Shown here piece after piece: positions 27,891 to 41,311 of a stretch of 64,000 bases of DNA; the stretch's first letter is position 1; the number at the start of each line of letters is the position of its first letter. This stretch comes from Camelus dromedarius. Lineage: Eukaryota. The stretch spans positions 96,598,001 to 96,662,000 of the forward strand of contig NC_087437.1 of assembly GCF_036321535.1 (NCBI RefSeq). The letters are read 5' to 3'. The notes beneath the pieces were generated by a model. It worked only from the letters and a program-made list of their open reading frames with translations, did no database searches and had not been told where the DNA came from. Both the position numbers and the translations under genes were made by a program.

Positions 27891-28023
27891 CTCTAGATAT
27901 TGTTTTAAATAGAAAGAAATCCAGATTGGTGAACCGACACATAGGGATTCAGATATATCCCCTCTGACAAACTGTATGGCTCTGCACGTTTTGGTCTGAT
28001 CTGCCATTTAGTTTCCTCATAAC

Positions 28024-28144
28024 AAAAAAGAAAGGAAAGGAAAGGAGAGAGGAGAGGAGAGGAGGGAAGAGGGGAGGGGAGGGGAGGGAAGGAAACAAAA
28101 GAAAAGGAAAGAAAAGAAAAGGAAAGAAAAGAAAAGAAAAAAGA
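28024..28144. repeat. Polypurine pentamer array (GGAAA/GGAGA/GGGGA/GAAAA) within a MIR remnant
   Basis: About 120 nt almost purely A/G; preceded by TTTAGTTTCCTCAT and followed by MIR-like 3' sequence. Confidence 0.85.
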
Positions 28145-28883
28145 ATATCCTAAACATGAGTGGCTTGAAGTGAAGGTGAAATGGTGTATGAAGTTCCCAG
28201 AATATAATTAGTGTTCAATTTACGTGAATAAAAAGCTGAATTTTTCACTGTGCAATACCATAGCAGATTCAAGATTTTATAGTATAAAGAGAACAAATGT
28301 TTACAGTTATTATCCTGATAAGACCTTAATCAACCAAGAAATTCCAATGAATATATAATATAACATAAAAATTTTAATAACAATTGCCAAATGAGCATTG
28401 TGGGTTATACAAAACAAACCAAAGGAATCTAGTTTAACTGAGTTAACTGGAAAATACTTAAACCAGAATGCCCCATTTCTCACTCAATTTCAAACAGTGA
28501 ATGATTTATATGGATAGAAGACAAATTAGTCAAATTATTTGTCAAATTATTCTCCTAACAGAATATCAAAATTTTTTAAAATAATTAAAAAAAATCAAAA
28601 CTTGAGAATATACTCATGTTGGCATAGTAATATTAAATATCTGCATTGTGTCCCCTACTAATTTGTCCAAACACTGATTTATAAGAAATCTGAGAGTTCC
28701 TAAGTGTAAAGATGGTGTCAAACAAGACTGACTACAGGTATAATTTCCAATTTTTAAACTGCCTGTTCAACTCAGTATAAGAAATTGCTCAATTGTTTTT
28801 TCTTAATTATTTTTAAGTCTATATTCACACTTAACTGAAATAATTTTCTGAGTACAGAGAAGGGCGATAGTTGGATTTTTTTT

Positions 28884-30895
28884 CAACATTTTTTTATTGA
28901 GTTATAGTCATTTTACAATGCTGTGTCAAATTCCAGTGTAAAACAATTTAATTTTTCAGTTATACATAAACATACATACATTCGTTGTCACATTCTCTTT
29001 CGCTGTGAGCCACAAGATCCTGTATATATTTCCCTGTGCTACACAGTACAATTTGTTCATCTATTCTACATTTTGAAATTTCAGTCTGTTCCTTCCCAGC
29101 CCCCTGCCCCATTGGCAACCACAAGTTTGTATTCTATGTCTGAGTCTGTTTCTGTTTTCTATTTATGTTTTTTTTTTTTTTTTTTTTAAGATTCCACATA
29201 TGAGCGTTCTCAGATAGTATTATTCTTTCTCTTTCTGGCTTACTTCACTTAGAATGACAATTTCCAGGGACATCCATGTTGCTGCAGATGGCACTATTGT
29301 ATCATTTTTATGGCTGAATAGTATTCCATTGTATAAATATACCACTTCTTCATTATCCAGTCATCTGTCTATGGACATTTAGGCTGTTTCCACGTCTTGG
29401 CTATTGTAAATAGTGCTGCTATGAACACTGGGGTGCAGGTGTCTTTTTGAAGTAGGCTTCCTTCTGGATATATGCCCAGGAGTGGGATTACTGGGTCTTT
29501 TGAGGAATCTCCATACTGTTTTCCACAATGGCTGCACCAAACTGCATTCTCACCAGCAGTGTAGGAGGGTTCCCTTTTATCCACACCCTCTCCAGCATTT
29601 GTCATTTGTGGACTTTTTAATGATGGCCATTCTGACTGGTATGAGATGATACCTCATTGTAGTTTTGATTTGCATTTCACTGATAATTAGTGATACTGAG
29701 CATTTTTTCCTGTGCCTATTGATCATTTGTATGTCTTCATTGGAGAATTGCTTGCTTAGGTCTTCTGCCTATTTTTGGATTGGGTTTTTTTTTCTTATTA
29801 AGTCGTATGAGCTGCTTATATATTCTGGAGATCAAGCCTTTGTCGGTTTCATTTGCAAAAATTTTCTCCCATTCCATAGATTGTCGTTTTGTTTTACTTA
29901 CTGTTTCCTTTGCTGTGCAGAAGCTTGTAAGTTTAATTAGGCCCCATTTGTTTATTCTTGCTTTTATTTCTATTGCTTGGGTAGACTGCCCTAGAACATT
30001 TTTGAGATGTATGTCAGATAATGTTTTGCCTATATTTTCTTCTAAGATGTTTATTGTATCTTGTCTTATGTTTAAGTCTTTGATCCATTTTGAGTTGATT
30101 TTTGTGTATGGTGTCAGGGAGTGTTCTAGCTTCACTGATTTACATGCTGCTGTCCAGTCTTCCCAACACCATTTGCTGAAGACACTGTCTTTATTCCATT
30201 GTATATTCTTGCCTCCTTTATCAAAGATTAGTTGACCTAAAGTTTGTGGGTTCATTTCTGGGCTCTCTATTCTGCTCCATTGGTCCATATGTCTGTTTTT
30301 GTACCAATACCATGCTGTTTTGATTACTGTAGCTCTATAGTATTGTTTTAAGTCAGGGAGAGTTATTCCTCCAGCCTCTTTCTTTTTCTTAAGTAATGCT
30401 TTGGCATTTGAAGGTCTTTTGTGGTTCCATATAAATTTTACTATGATTTGTTCTAGTTCTGTGAAATATGTCAAATATGTCCTGGGTAATTTGATAGGGA
30501 TTGCATTAAATCTGTAGATTGCCTTGGGCAGTGTGACCATTTTAACAACATTGATTCTTCCAATCCAGGAGCATGGGATATCTTTCCATTTTTTAAAGTC
30601 TTCTTTAATTTCCTTAATCAGTGTTTTATAGCTTTCCATGTATAAATCTTTCACCTCCTTGATTAGATTTATTCCTAGGTATATTATTACTTTGGGTGCT
30701 ATGTTAAAGGGGATTGTTTCTTTACTTTCCTTTTCTGTTGATTCATCGTTAGTGTAAAGAAATGCAACTGATTTTTAAACGTTAATCTTGTAACCTGCTA
30801 ACTTGCTGAATTCTTCAATTATTTCTAGTAGTTTTTGTGTGGACCTTTTAGGGTTTTCTATATGTAGTATCATGTCATCTGCATATAGTGACACT
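28884..30895 (-). mobile_element. Relatively young 5'-truncated L1 LINE (ORF2 C-terminal part plus 3' UTR)
   Basis: ORF 29737..30654 ([46 protein letters not shown]) and ORF 29369..29605 ([33 protein letters not shown]) are L1 ORF2p. AATAAA at 28898-28893; TSD TTGGATTTTTTTT at 28871-28883 and 30896-30908; TT|AAAA-type endonuclease site. Frameshifted, so not autonomous. Confidence 0.96.
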
Positions 30896-31844
30896 TTGGA
30901 TTTTTTTTTTAAAGCCAAAGCTATTACTGTAATTCCAGCTATGCTATTAAAGTCTATCTTTGTAATTGTTAGAAATCAAAATTATGCCAGGCTAACCATG
31001 AATTCATAGAATAAAGGCAAACTTTCCTTCCGTATTTTGTGTAGCTACTCCACATTTAAAATTTTACTATCAGCTTACAACTATCAATTTAATATTAACA
31101 TATCATCAGTTTTTTGTGAGGTAATTATAATAAAAATCAATCCAGATCAGGGCATAATGTGATTTAGTTTGAATACTTTCAGCATACATTCTAGAAGCCT
31201 TATAATTTATCAATTTGCCTAGTGGCTACATCCTTTTAGGTCATCGAAGTAAAGTTATGATTGCTTTATCAAAATCATTGACTTAGTTCTTTTCTATATC
31301 TTCCCCAAATGTCCTGCACATTTTTGGAAGAAATGTGTATGCTGGACACTCTGGAATAAATGTCAGTGCATGCTACAAGTTAAAATAATCATACTTTGAC
31401 TTACTTGTAACCATAATGGCTCATCACAATGCTTAAAAAAAATAGAATTTAAATGCTGAAATCAAAGATGCTGATGATGCAAAGCACTAATCCAACAATG
31501 TAAAAGGAGTGAAAAAAATTCATTGATGCCTACTTAATAGGGTTTATGGGGGGAAAAAATATTAGTCCAGGATGAAAGTAGTTCCAAATTACTGATTCAA
31601 ATGCTTACAAGGGCAATGTATAGGGCAGCATTTTGAAACAGTAGTTCTGAGCATTCTTTTGTATTACATTTTAGTACATGAAACTGGCCAATGTTAATAT
31701 CCTTGCATGAAAAATCATTATATATCAATAAGAATTCGGTAAAACTGTAAGTCTTAGACTGTTGACACTGAAACCCCTAAGAACAGATAGCTGTGATTTT
31801 CTCCCTTACCATCTTGTTCCAACAAATGCACAAAACATTAAAAT

Positions 31845-31985
31845 AACATACTTCACATTATTACAGCTCTTTACAGTTTATAAGGCACTTTCACATGCAT
31901 TTCTTTGCTTAATTTCTCAGTCTCCCTGTGTGGTAACAGATGACAGCATCCCTTTCTATGTGAAAGTACCTGGCAATCTAACATA
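31845..31985 (-). mobile_element. MIR SINE 3' fragment
   Basis: CAGCTCTTTACAGTTTATAAGGCACTTTCACATGCATT...CCCTGTGTGGTA. Confidence 0.65.
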
Positions 31986-34900
31986 AGAGTACTCCTTTAT
32001 ACAAAGAAATTTTGACACACAATTCATAGTAATGAATATTTTCATCTAAGTGGATTCATTTTGATGGAATCATACATTTTCATGTAATGGATTCATCTAC
32101 GTAAACTTTGTTCCAAAATAATGTGTATCACTTTTCTACTGCTATTTGCTTGTTTTATATGGAAATATCCTGGCAACTTATATACAGTTCATATGCTATA
32201 AAGTGTAAACTTAAAAAATTGTTATTTCAGACAGAAGTAGGTGGTGTGGGATAAAAGGGAAAGACAAACTTAGGCTGTTTATTGTTCATCAAAATATGGA
32301 GCACATAGTGAGTACTCTCAATTTTCAAAGCGCATACTTGAAGAAGCATTAAGTGCTGAGCATCATATTTAAGGACTTAAAATGACAGTTGTGAAAAATC
32401 CTGATCTTTAAAGGGGTTGATCTTTAAGGAAAATGTTACAATAGCTTCCCTGTGACAACTCAAAACAATTCTTGAAATCAAATTTAGATACCCTAATATG
32501 ACCACTCATTTTTTAATTGTGTCTTATCTGGACATCCAAGACAGTTTTACAGACCCATACACCTAGACCCCAGAGAGGATCCTGCAACTAGGATTCATCC
32601 AAGAATTTTCCAAGCCAACTTAGACATGTTTAAGGAGAGATGGACTGATTAAATTCTACAGGCAACTACTGAAGGTTTCCAGAAAATTACAGAAGAAACC
32701 TCAATTAATTTCAAGACAAATCCTCGGAAGTCTTTAGCAATATATAGTGATCTATTATGATCTGCGATATTGACAAGTTATCACACATTGTAAAAATCTG
32801 AACATTCCAAAGTACCTATCAATTTTATAGCAAACAGCTCTGGTGTGGATTTAATGAATAAATGTAAATTGTAGTGACAATGAGCTTAATCTTTATTTTG
32901 TGAACAAAGGTAACATTTCAAAATTCTTACTAGTTTGGAGATTCAAGAGAATGTGTGAAAATGAGCCCTCTGAAGACTAAGAATGATTTTCAGCTTCACA
33001 AATATTTTTATGACAGTGCACATAAATATTAAATGTAGGATCACTGCAAAGTAGGGCATTAGTCACATGGGATATAAGGATATATGGATAATCACATGAA
33101 ATATTTACAAATGAGAATACAAGTTAAATCTTATTATCTGTCATGGTCTATTAGTTTCTTAACAAGTGTGGTCAATTTTTAAAAGATATGAACATACCTT
33201 AAAACAAACTGTTAACCTGAATCATATTTTTTGAAAACCTAATCGCAAGATTATTTTAAATTTTTAAGTGGAAGTTTGAAATAGGGATATGAAGAAGACT
33301 GTATTGAAATAAATTTAAGTCAAATAGACAGGAGTACAATACATTTCCACCTCAGATTAGCATTTGCTACAAAGACTCTCATTCTTTACTATTAGAATTC
33401 ACTTAGGATAAAAGAATCACTCAACAGTAACAATAAAGGGAAGAAAGATTTTTACAAATCCTACTTGAAATCTTGTTTATAATTAAAAAGAATTAAAATA
33501 GTAGATATTTGAGTTGGGATTTTACCTAAGTAATTCCATAACTTCCCAAGACCAAAACCTAAGCCCGTTTTTTATTTCTTCACAATCTTTAACTAAACTA
33601 TTTTGACCCAAGTTATCTTTTTATATAAAATTGTTTCCAAAGTATTTCCAAATATCTATTTCATTAATTCCAAAATGCGCTTCTTAAGGCAATTATACAA
33701 ACATTACCAAAGTCAGCAAAATGTATTTAAAGTACAAGTCAGTTCTCATTCCAGCCTTAGACAGTGTAAACCATTGGGTGCTGTTAGTTTTCAAGTATAT
33801 GTGCAGAGCTCATCTAATTTCTGTGACTTTCTGTGTTATTAATTTTGAACAAATATTTCCAATATCCAGCTCTGTGATCACACAGGTAGATGAGCATGTT
33901 ATTGTCCAAGCAAATGTGTTATGAGTCCTCACATGATGGACTACATTGAGGCCAGATGTCAGAGGTGCTGAAATTGATAATCCATCAGTAATTTTCTATC
34001 TGTCGCAATAGCTCTGACCCATTGAACTAAATAAATATGTTTAATCACTGACTGGTCAACTTATCAAATGGTGCCCTGAGCTAAGCGGAAGGACTTGTCA
34101 AATGTAGAACAGATAAAGCAAGAACCACAGCCAAAGGCAAAAAAAAAAAAACTGCTTCCTTAATCTCTACCCTTTTCCATCTCACTTTGAGAAAATAGAC
34201 TTAAGTGGAAATAATATTAGGAAAACGTCTAGGTTAAGAAATACTGGAAAAATATTTCCTTAAAGTTCTATGGCATTTCTTCTATTCTTTCTATATAAGC
34301 CAAACTGTTGATACATTTCAATTTCACTGTAGTTATATAAAGACATCCCAAGTTCAATGATAGGTAACACACTGAATGCCAATAAAGGGGGACAAGTCAA
34401 GAAGCGCTACATCACAGTTACCAAGCCATGTGGCAATAGTGATTTGCGAATAAGGCTCACTCAGTCCCGAAGATAAAGCTCTCCTCTGAAAAGAGAAATA
34501 CCCTTCACTGTTCAAGTAAGCTAAGGGACTGAAAATTGCTGAATATGAACAGTTACATGACAAGCCCATTCCATACAAACATTAATCACAGTTAATGAGA
34601 TAAAAGCTTCAGTAACATGTGACACTGGGTAAGTGATAGATCAGCCATCCTTTCATTAAATGTGCCAACAGCTACGTGATAATAAAGGCCAACCGCCAAC
34701 CCTGACCCAGAATGGGGCAAACTGAGGAGATCAGATGCACTGCACTGACCACAAACAGTAGTGATTTCTTCAGCAGGATTTGTGGAGGTTCACAAATAGC
34801 ATTCTCAGTAATAAGTTCCCTGTATCTTACTTGGCCACTGCCACGCGCTGGCAGCCATGACAGAAAACTCTTGAACTTGTTTATTCACACTAGTTTAATC

Positions 34901-36684
34901 CTGATTCTACACACTGATTCAGCCTGTGAGGTTAAGAAGATGGATGAGAGGAGCCAGGGCCACGAAGAGGTCAGGGTCATGATGTCGCTGGATCTCATTA
35001 ACTACATCACTCAAGACACCAGTCACTCTAAAGGTCACTCCAACTGAGGATGCCAGTATAGGTAAAGGAAACCTAGTTGGATGAAATAAACCAATTTTTC
35101 TTAGAACTGACATCACATATAAAAACAAAGCTATTCTAAATATGCTTCCTGGTCCCAAACATATTTATTAAAATAAATTGTTTTAAGAAAAGAAGAAACT
35201 ACCTCTAAGCTCCCAAATAAAAAATAGAAAAACATTTTTAAAGGGCCCAAAAAAGTCTAGTTAGTCCATGAATTAACAATTACTTTGAATTTTACCAAGT
35301 GAAGTTTGGCCTACTGTATATGGTAGTTGGTTTAAAAAGGTGGAAGAAGGACTAGTATTCACAAATGTATCCCCACAATTAGAAAGTCGAGTAATAACCT
35401 TTTTTTGTGTGGCAAAATTAATGATTTTAACTTATTTTACAGAGACAATATAAAGTATTTGGCAGAAGACTACTGTATGAAAACTTTTCAAGAACTCACA
35501 GACTTTAGAATGACTTATTAAACATGTCTGCAATTTAGATTATTCCTATTTCCTGAGTGCATGTGCAAGCCATTATCATAAGATTTCTAAATGTTCTTTG
35601 AAGAAATAAAAACAAATTATTAGAGCTTATCCAATTTGACCAAATTACAGATCTATTTATTTACATGTGTAGTAGTTTCATCTTTTATTTCATTTAAGTA
35701 TTTTTAACTGAATCCATTTCACAGACTATTATTAAAGTAATAGTGCTGATAAATAAAAAAAATAGGAGAAATAATGATGTTTATTTCTGGTGCTAATTTT
35801 TTTTACTCTTCTGTAGTCTACAACATTTCTAAAATTACAATGTATTTATAACCAGAAAAAAAACTGGAGAGATAAAAGACAAAATAAGGAAAAATAAAAC
35901 AAACAAACAAAAAGACATACATAGTAGAAAGATCTTTATAGTAGTTTAGATAGCATGGTTCCAAAATAAAGAGCAATGCTATACTGGTTTAATATATGAC
36001 TGCTTATTTGTATAATTATGTAATTAATTTCATATAATTTTGAAAATATGTCAGTACATGGTAAACATGCATTTTACCTAATAACATACTTTTATACTAA
36101 GTGTAAGTCAAATGTATCTCAAAATATCAGCTTTTTTGCTTCATGTATTTCTTTTAGAGAAACAAAACAAGATCAAATTTATATACTAGAAATTTATGTT
36201 TGTTTACAGTAAACTTTAAAAGACCAGAAATATTGATCCAGAATGTGCATAATTTAAAAAAAATTACCTTAGATCTGAATGCCCGATTAGAAAAGAAAAA
36301 TGACTTAATTACCAGGTGACAAGGTGACTAGGGACTACACAGACGGAACCCATGATGAGTTAAATCCTCAAAAGACAGAACATTAAGGAAAAACCTCAAT
36401 TTATCAGCAATATTATCAATTACTTTTTATCAACCAGAATTTGCATGGAGAAATGGTAACCCTAAAAAAAATGGTATTATCTAGGGTAATTAAAAAGGTT
36501 TTTTTTTGACAGACTAGGGGAATAGCCAGTTAAAAAAACTGCTGCTAAATTTACTTGCTATCACAGGTTGGCCAAACATAAACGATAGGCTGGAAATACC
36601 TTTTTTCTAACGAGCTTAGTCCAGTAATCATATACAAACCCTCTACACTAGCTCCTTAGATTTCCACTTTTCCAGAGTATAAAT

Positions 36685-36800
36685 GATCTAGTCTAATTCT
36701 CTCACCTTAAATTCAAGAAAACAGACCCAGAGAGGCTAAAAAGGTTTGTCAAAATTACATGGTTAGTAGGAGAAAAGGGCCAGAACCTGGTCCTTTCTGG
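36685..36800 (-). mobile_element. MIR SINE fragment
   Basis: AAGAAAACAGACCCAGAGAGGCTAAA...TTTGTCAAAATTACATGGTTAGTAG. Confidence 0.6.
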
Positions 36801-36874
36801 GGAAAGAAATTCCCCAAATTATCTTTTCCCTACATTGCTCTCTGATGAAATTAGCTCCCTCATTTGTCATCTCA

Positions 36875-36990
36875 AGTCTGCCTCTCATCAGCCAGGGGTT
36901 TTGAGTAAGTCAATTCACTTCTCAGGGCCTCAGTTTCTACATCTGAACAACAAGGGGACTGATGATCTCTAAGGTTCCTCAACCTGCCAG
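36875..36990 (+). mobile_element. MIR SINE fragment
   Basis: TTGAGTAAGTCAATTCACTTCTCAGGGCCTCAGTTTCTACATCTG...GATCTCTAAGGTTCC. Confidence 0.7.
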
Positions 36991-38189
36991 CTTCCATGTA
37001 CACGGTTCTGTGATGACCTGACTCACCCAAAGGTTGCCTTTTTTTTTTTTTCTGACTTAATCCTACATTCATTTCTTATGAAAAAGCTTCCATTAATGCC
37101 CCTGTAATTAACATCAAACCCAAATGGAATGAATGGGAGATTTTCTTATGCATAGAACAAGGACCCTTAAATAAGAATGAATAATGATAATATTTCCCAG
37201 AAGACAACTATGGCAGCCCTCAAGTATGATTAACTAGACCACTCCTTGTCTCTCTTTTCTTCACAGAAATAGAACAGTTCATTTGCATGTCATCTGATAT
37301 AAAGAGAGATCCTAGAATATAATGGGTTATTACCATTGGGTACTTCATTAGTAAAGCTTTTCCTTATGACATGACAGAAAAGAGAAAGACAAAGTAAATT
37401 GAGATTCTAACATCTCTATTAATGACATACACATTTGAAGATTAGATTCTATCAGCATATCCATCAATCCTTCTAAGAACCAAACAAGTACTTAAGAAGG
37501 ATTTTGCAAGTTGACCCCTTTCTAGGTAGTCCTGTTTAACAATAGGCTTTTGAGAGGAGCTGCTTTTAAAAGAAAATCCTATATGAATATTAAACACAGC
37601 ATCTTCCTCCTTCTTTTAAGAATATTTAAAGCAGATCCAGGAAGAAAACAAAAATAAATCAGCCTTTCTATCAAGCTACTCTTGAATCTAGAAGTGTGGG
37701 TCCTGGGGAATTATATGTTATAAATGAGGGGTTGGACTACAAAGTGCAATTAATTTAATTGCTTATAATCTCAAAGGATTTCAAAGTAAGATGTGTAAGA
37801 CATATGCATAAGTGGGATTCTTCCAAGGACTTTTAATGAAACATGGTAATACTAAATTCAAGAATATCATTTCTACTTTATGGAATTCCTTGTGAATAGG
37901 AAAGTGATGAGACTAAGTAAGTCATCAGTACGAAGTTATCTTATTTCATTACCATGAAAACTGTTTTTTTTTTTTCCTTTGAGGGAAAACATAAGGCAAA
38001 GCTATACCAAAACGTAGAGTTGTATGTAATCTTTTAGGCTCTCTTCTGACCACATCATCATTTTGGTCTTGGTTTGCCTATAATTCTTTAAAATATCAAG
38101 AAAGAACACATATACCATAATCATTGTCTGGCACGCTGAGGCAAAATCTGCAACTCCCAACCACTGGTCCTTTTCTTTATTCAAAGGTC

Positions 38190-38535
38190 ACATGAAACAA
38201 ACATATTCTCTCCTTGGTATGGCAGTTCTTGAAGTGCTTGGTGAGAACTACTGGACCTACTCATGTATTCATTGCTCCTACCTCAATAATAATTCCAGTT
38301 CTTTCCACTTTATCTAGTTGTGATAGACTTAAATCCTTAATCTTTCTCTTCTAGTGGTATTTCAGTTTTAAAGATGAATATAAATTGGTACTCAGAACTA
38401 TTAATGATATTCCATCCATAGTTTGAGCAGCAAAGAATCAAGCTGGACCACATTTCTTAATCTGAACTATTAATGCATTTTAGAGTAAGAGACTTTGGGG
38501 CAGCTTTATAATGAACCCTGTTCATTAAGTCAAGT
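38190..38535. mobile_element. Possible L3/CR1 remnant
   Basis: Ordered motifs GGCAGTTCTTGAAGTGCTTG, TTCCAGTTCTTTCCAC, TGGTACTCAGAACT and CTATTAATGCA resemble L3. Confidence 0.45.
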
Positions 38536-38912
38536 ATTAAGGACTCTTACTTTATTCATATGAACAACCTTTCCTCTCTTACTGTAACCTCCCCAACTTC
38601 CAACCCCAATTAAAAAAAAAAACCAACTCTGTCATTAAACCCAAAAGCCATAATGGAGCAAAAATCAAAAATACACGAAGAAATTCACAGGACTGTATGT
38701 ACAACATACCACAAGTTGAATGTATTAATTTCAAACAGTGAATTTCTGAACCTGAATATGTGAATTTTAAAGATACTATGGACATTTAATAAAAATGATT
38801 TCATCAAAGTTTAAGCAAAACACAAATATTCAAGTCATAAATTATTGATTTCTTATAGGACATTTTTATTTATATTTTTATGTCTACTTAAAGTAGTTAG
38901 GTAGCTTATTTG

Positions 38913-40260
38913 TCTTAACTTTTTATTTTGAAATAATTATAGATTCATAGGAAGCTGTAAAGATAGTACAGAGATGTCTCTTGTACCATTTACCCAGTAT
39001 CCCTCCAATGTATAGGTTACATCTTACATAATAATACTGCAATACCAAAACCAGGAATTAGACATTAGTATAACGTGTGTGCTTCTATGTCACTTTATCA
39101 CAAGTACATATTTATATAACCATCATCACAACCAAGATTCACAACTATTTCACCACCACAAAGATCACCTTGTTGCTTTCCCTTCATAGTCACACCTATC
39201 CCTCTTTCCCAAATCATCCTTAACCTTTGACAATCACTAATGTTTTCCATCACTATAAATTTGTCATTATGAGGAGGTTAACATAAATGGAATTATACAG
39301 TATGTGACCTTTAGAAATGGCTTTCTTCACTCAGCATAAAGCTCTTGAGATCCATCTAAGTTGTTGTGCATATCAATAATTCACTCCTTTTTATTGCTGA
39401 GTAGTATTCCATGATGTAGATATAGCATGGTTTGTTTAACCATTCACCTACTCAGGGACATTTTAGTTGTTGTTTTCATGTTTTTTCCTATTACAAACAA
39501 AGCAGCTATTAAAATTCTGTATAGATTTTTGTGCAGGTAAAAGTTATCATTTCTCTTAAACACCCAGGAATGCAAATATATAGTAAGTATATATTTAGTG
39601 TTTTAAGAAACTGTCAAACTATATTCCAGGGTGGCTGTACAATTTTTTACTCCCACCAGTAATGAATGAGACATGATTTTTTATTTTGGTTGTTCTAAAA
39701 AGCTATGTAGTGATAACTTAGTATAGTCCAACTTAATGTAAATTCCCCTAAGGCCAGTGATGTTTAACATTTCTTCAAGTTCTTATCTGCCAGCCATTTA
39801 TCATTTTTGGTAAAATATTTCTTTATGCCATGCCCTTTTTCTAATTAGACTGTTACATTTAATGTTAAATTTTGAGAGATCTTTATATCCTTTAGGTCTG
39901 AGTCTTTGGACAGATATAAGTGGCTTGCAAATACGTTCTCCTTCTATGTGATTTGTCTTTTTATTCTCTTAACAGGATCTTTTATAGAGGAAAATTTCTC
40001 ATTTTAATGAAGTCAAATTTATTTACCTTATGTTTTTGGCTTCTGCTGTGGTATCACATCTGAGAACTCTTCACCAAGCCCAAAGTACCAAAGATTTTGT
40101 CACATTTTCTAAAAGTTTTATAGTTTTATGATTTACATTTAAATATTTGATCCATTTTGAATTCATTTTTATAACGTATGAAGTGTAAGTTGAGCTTCTT
40201 TTTTTAATATGAATATCCAATTGCTCCAAGTATCAGTTATTGAGAAAACAAGTCTTCCTC
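38913..40260 (-). mobile_element. Old L1 (L1MC-like) 3' UTR and end of ORF2
   Basis: AACTTTTTATTTTGAAATAATTATAGATTCATAGGAAG start, TTTTTATTGCTGAGTAGTATTCCATG and TGATCCATTTTGAATTCATTTTT. Confidence 0.85.
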
Positions 40261-40929
40261 CTTTAATTAATTTTTTAAATTAAAAATTATAAATAGTTAC
40301 TTGAAAGCCAAATTGATCAATGTTAATATTAGACACTGAACTTAGAGAGAAACTATCAAAGTTAGTAAATTTCTACAAATATATATGCCATGACATAATG
40401 CATGTAAATGTGTTAATAACTTCCAAAGAACTCGAGAAAGTATTTTAAGGGTATTACTGCTATTATCATACCCCTTTTTCTATAAAACTTAGTCAAGTTA
40501 TCTTTAGATACGAAATGATAGATGACTCTTCTTATAAATTGGATTCTTAAGCTTCAAGCTGCTTTGGCCTGCAAACATGTCAATAAGAACTGAAAGTGAT
40601 GGATCTTCCTGATACTGATATTTGACAACTAGGAACTGTACAGAGAAAATCATATTACTTGAATAAACTAATGAGCTCTCAAATGTCAATATATAACTAA
40701 ATAAAAAATAGAAAAGCTTACTCTTTCTGTTGTTTCCTTCCTTTAATATTCCATGAAACCACAGAATTTTAGCACCAAAATGAAGCTTTAGACTTCATCT
40801 AGTCAAGCATCCTCATTGTACATACACAGTTGGATAACTGTTTCTGGGTAGAATACCTGAAACAAATGCTAATGATTTCTTCTGAGTGTCAAATGGTTTT
40901 GTTTGTTTCAATGAATCAGTGAGGACAAT

Positions 40930-41115
40930 CTGCACAGTAGTTAAGAAAGCAAACTCTAGGTGAAGGCTGCCTGGATTCAAATCCCAACTCTTCAAAAATT
41001 GCTAAGTTAATAAAGAATTGGCCTCAGACGTAACAGAAAATGATAGAGCTGCTTTGAGAATTATACTTACAATAAACTACTTAGAGAAAAAGTCTGGCAT
41101 TTAGTAAACGCCAGT
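40930..41115 (+). mobile_element. MIR SINE
   Basis: AGTAGTTAAGAAAGCAAACTCT...CTGCCTGGATTCAAATCCCAACTCT and TCTGGCATTTAGTAAACGC. Confidence 0.7.
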
Positions 41116-41311
41116 GATTATTTTTCCTTGCTTTCTGCCTAGGGAAATCATTTCACCTGGCTCATAATTGTCTTGGAAAAATCTACCTCTTCTTCCACTG
41201 AATTCCCACATGTTCAGGTGTTCCTCTCTGTAGGTCTTACAACATTTCACACTATCTTGAACACTCCTTGATGGCATGAGTCAAGCCTTATTTTATTTTT
41301 TGATTTTGTAT

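Noticed and set aside
29737..30654. Host gene or active reverse transcriptase
   Set aside because: Fragment of a 5'-truncated, frameshifted L1 ORF2; the overlapping plus-strand ORFs are antisense artefacts.
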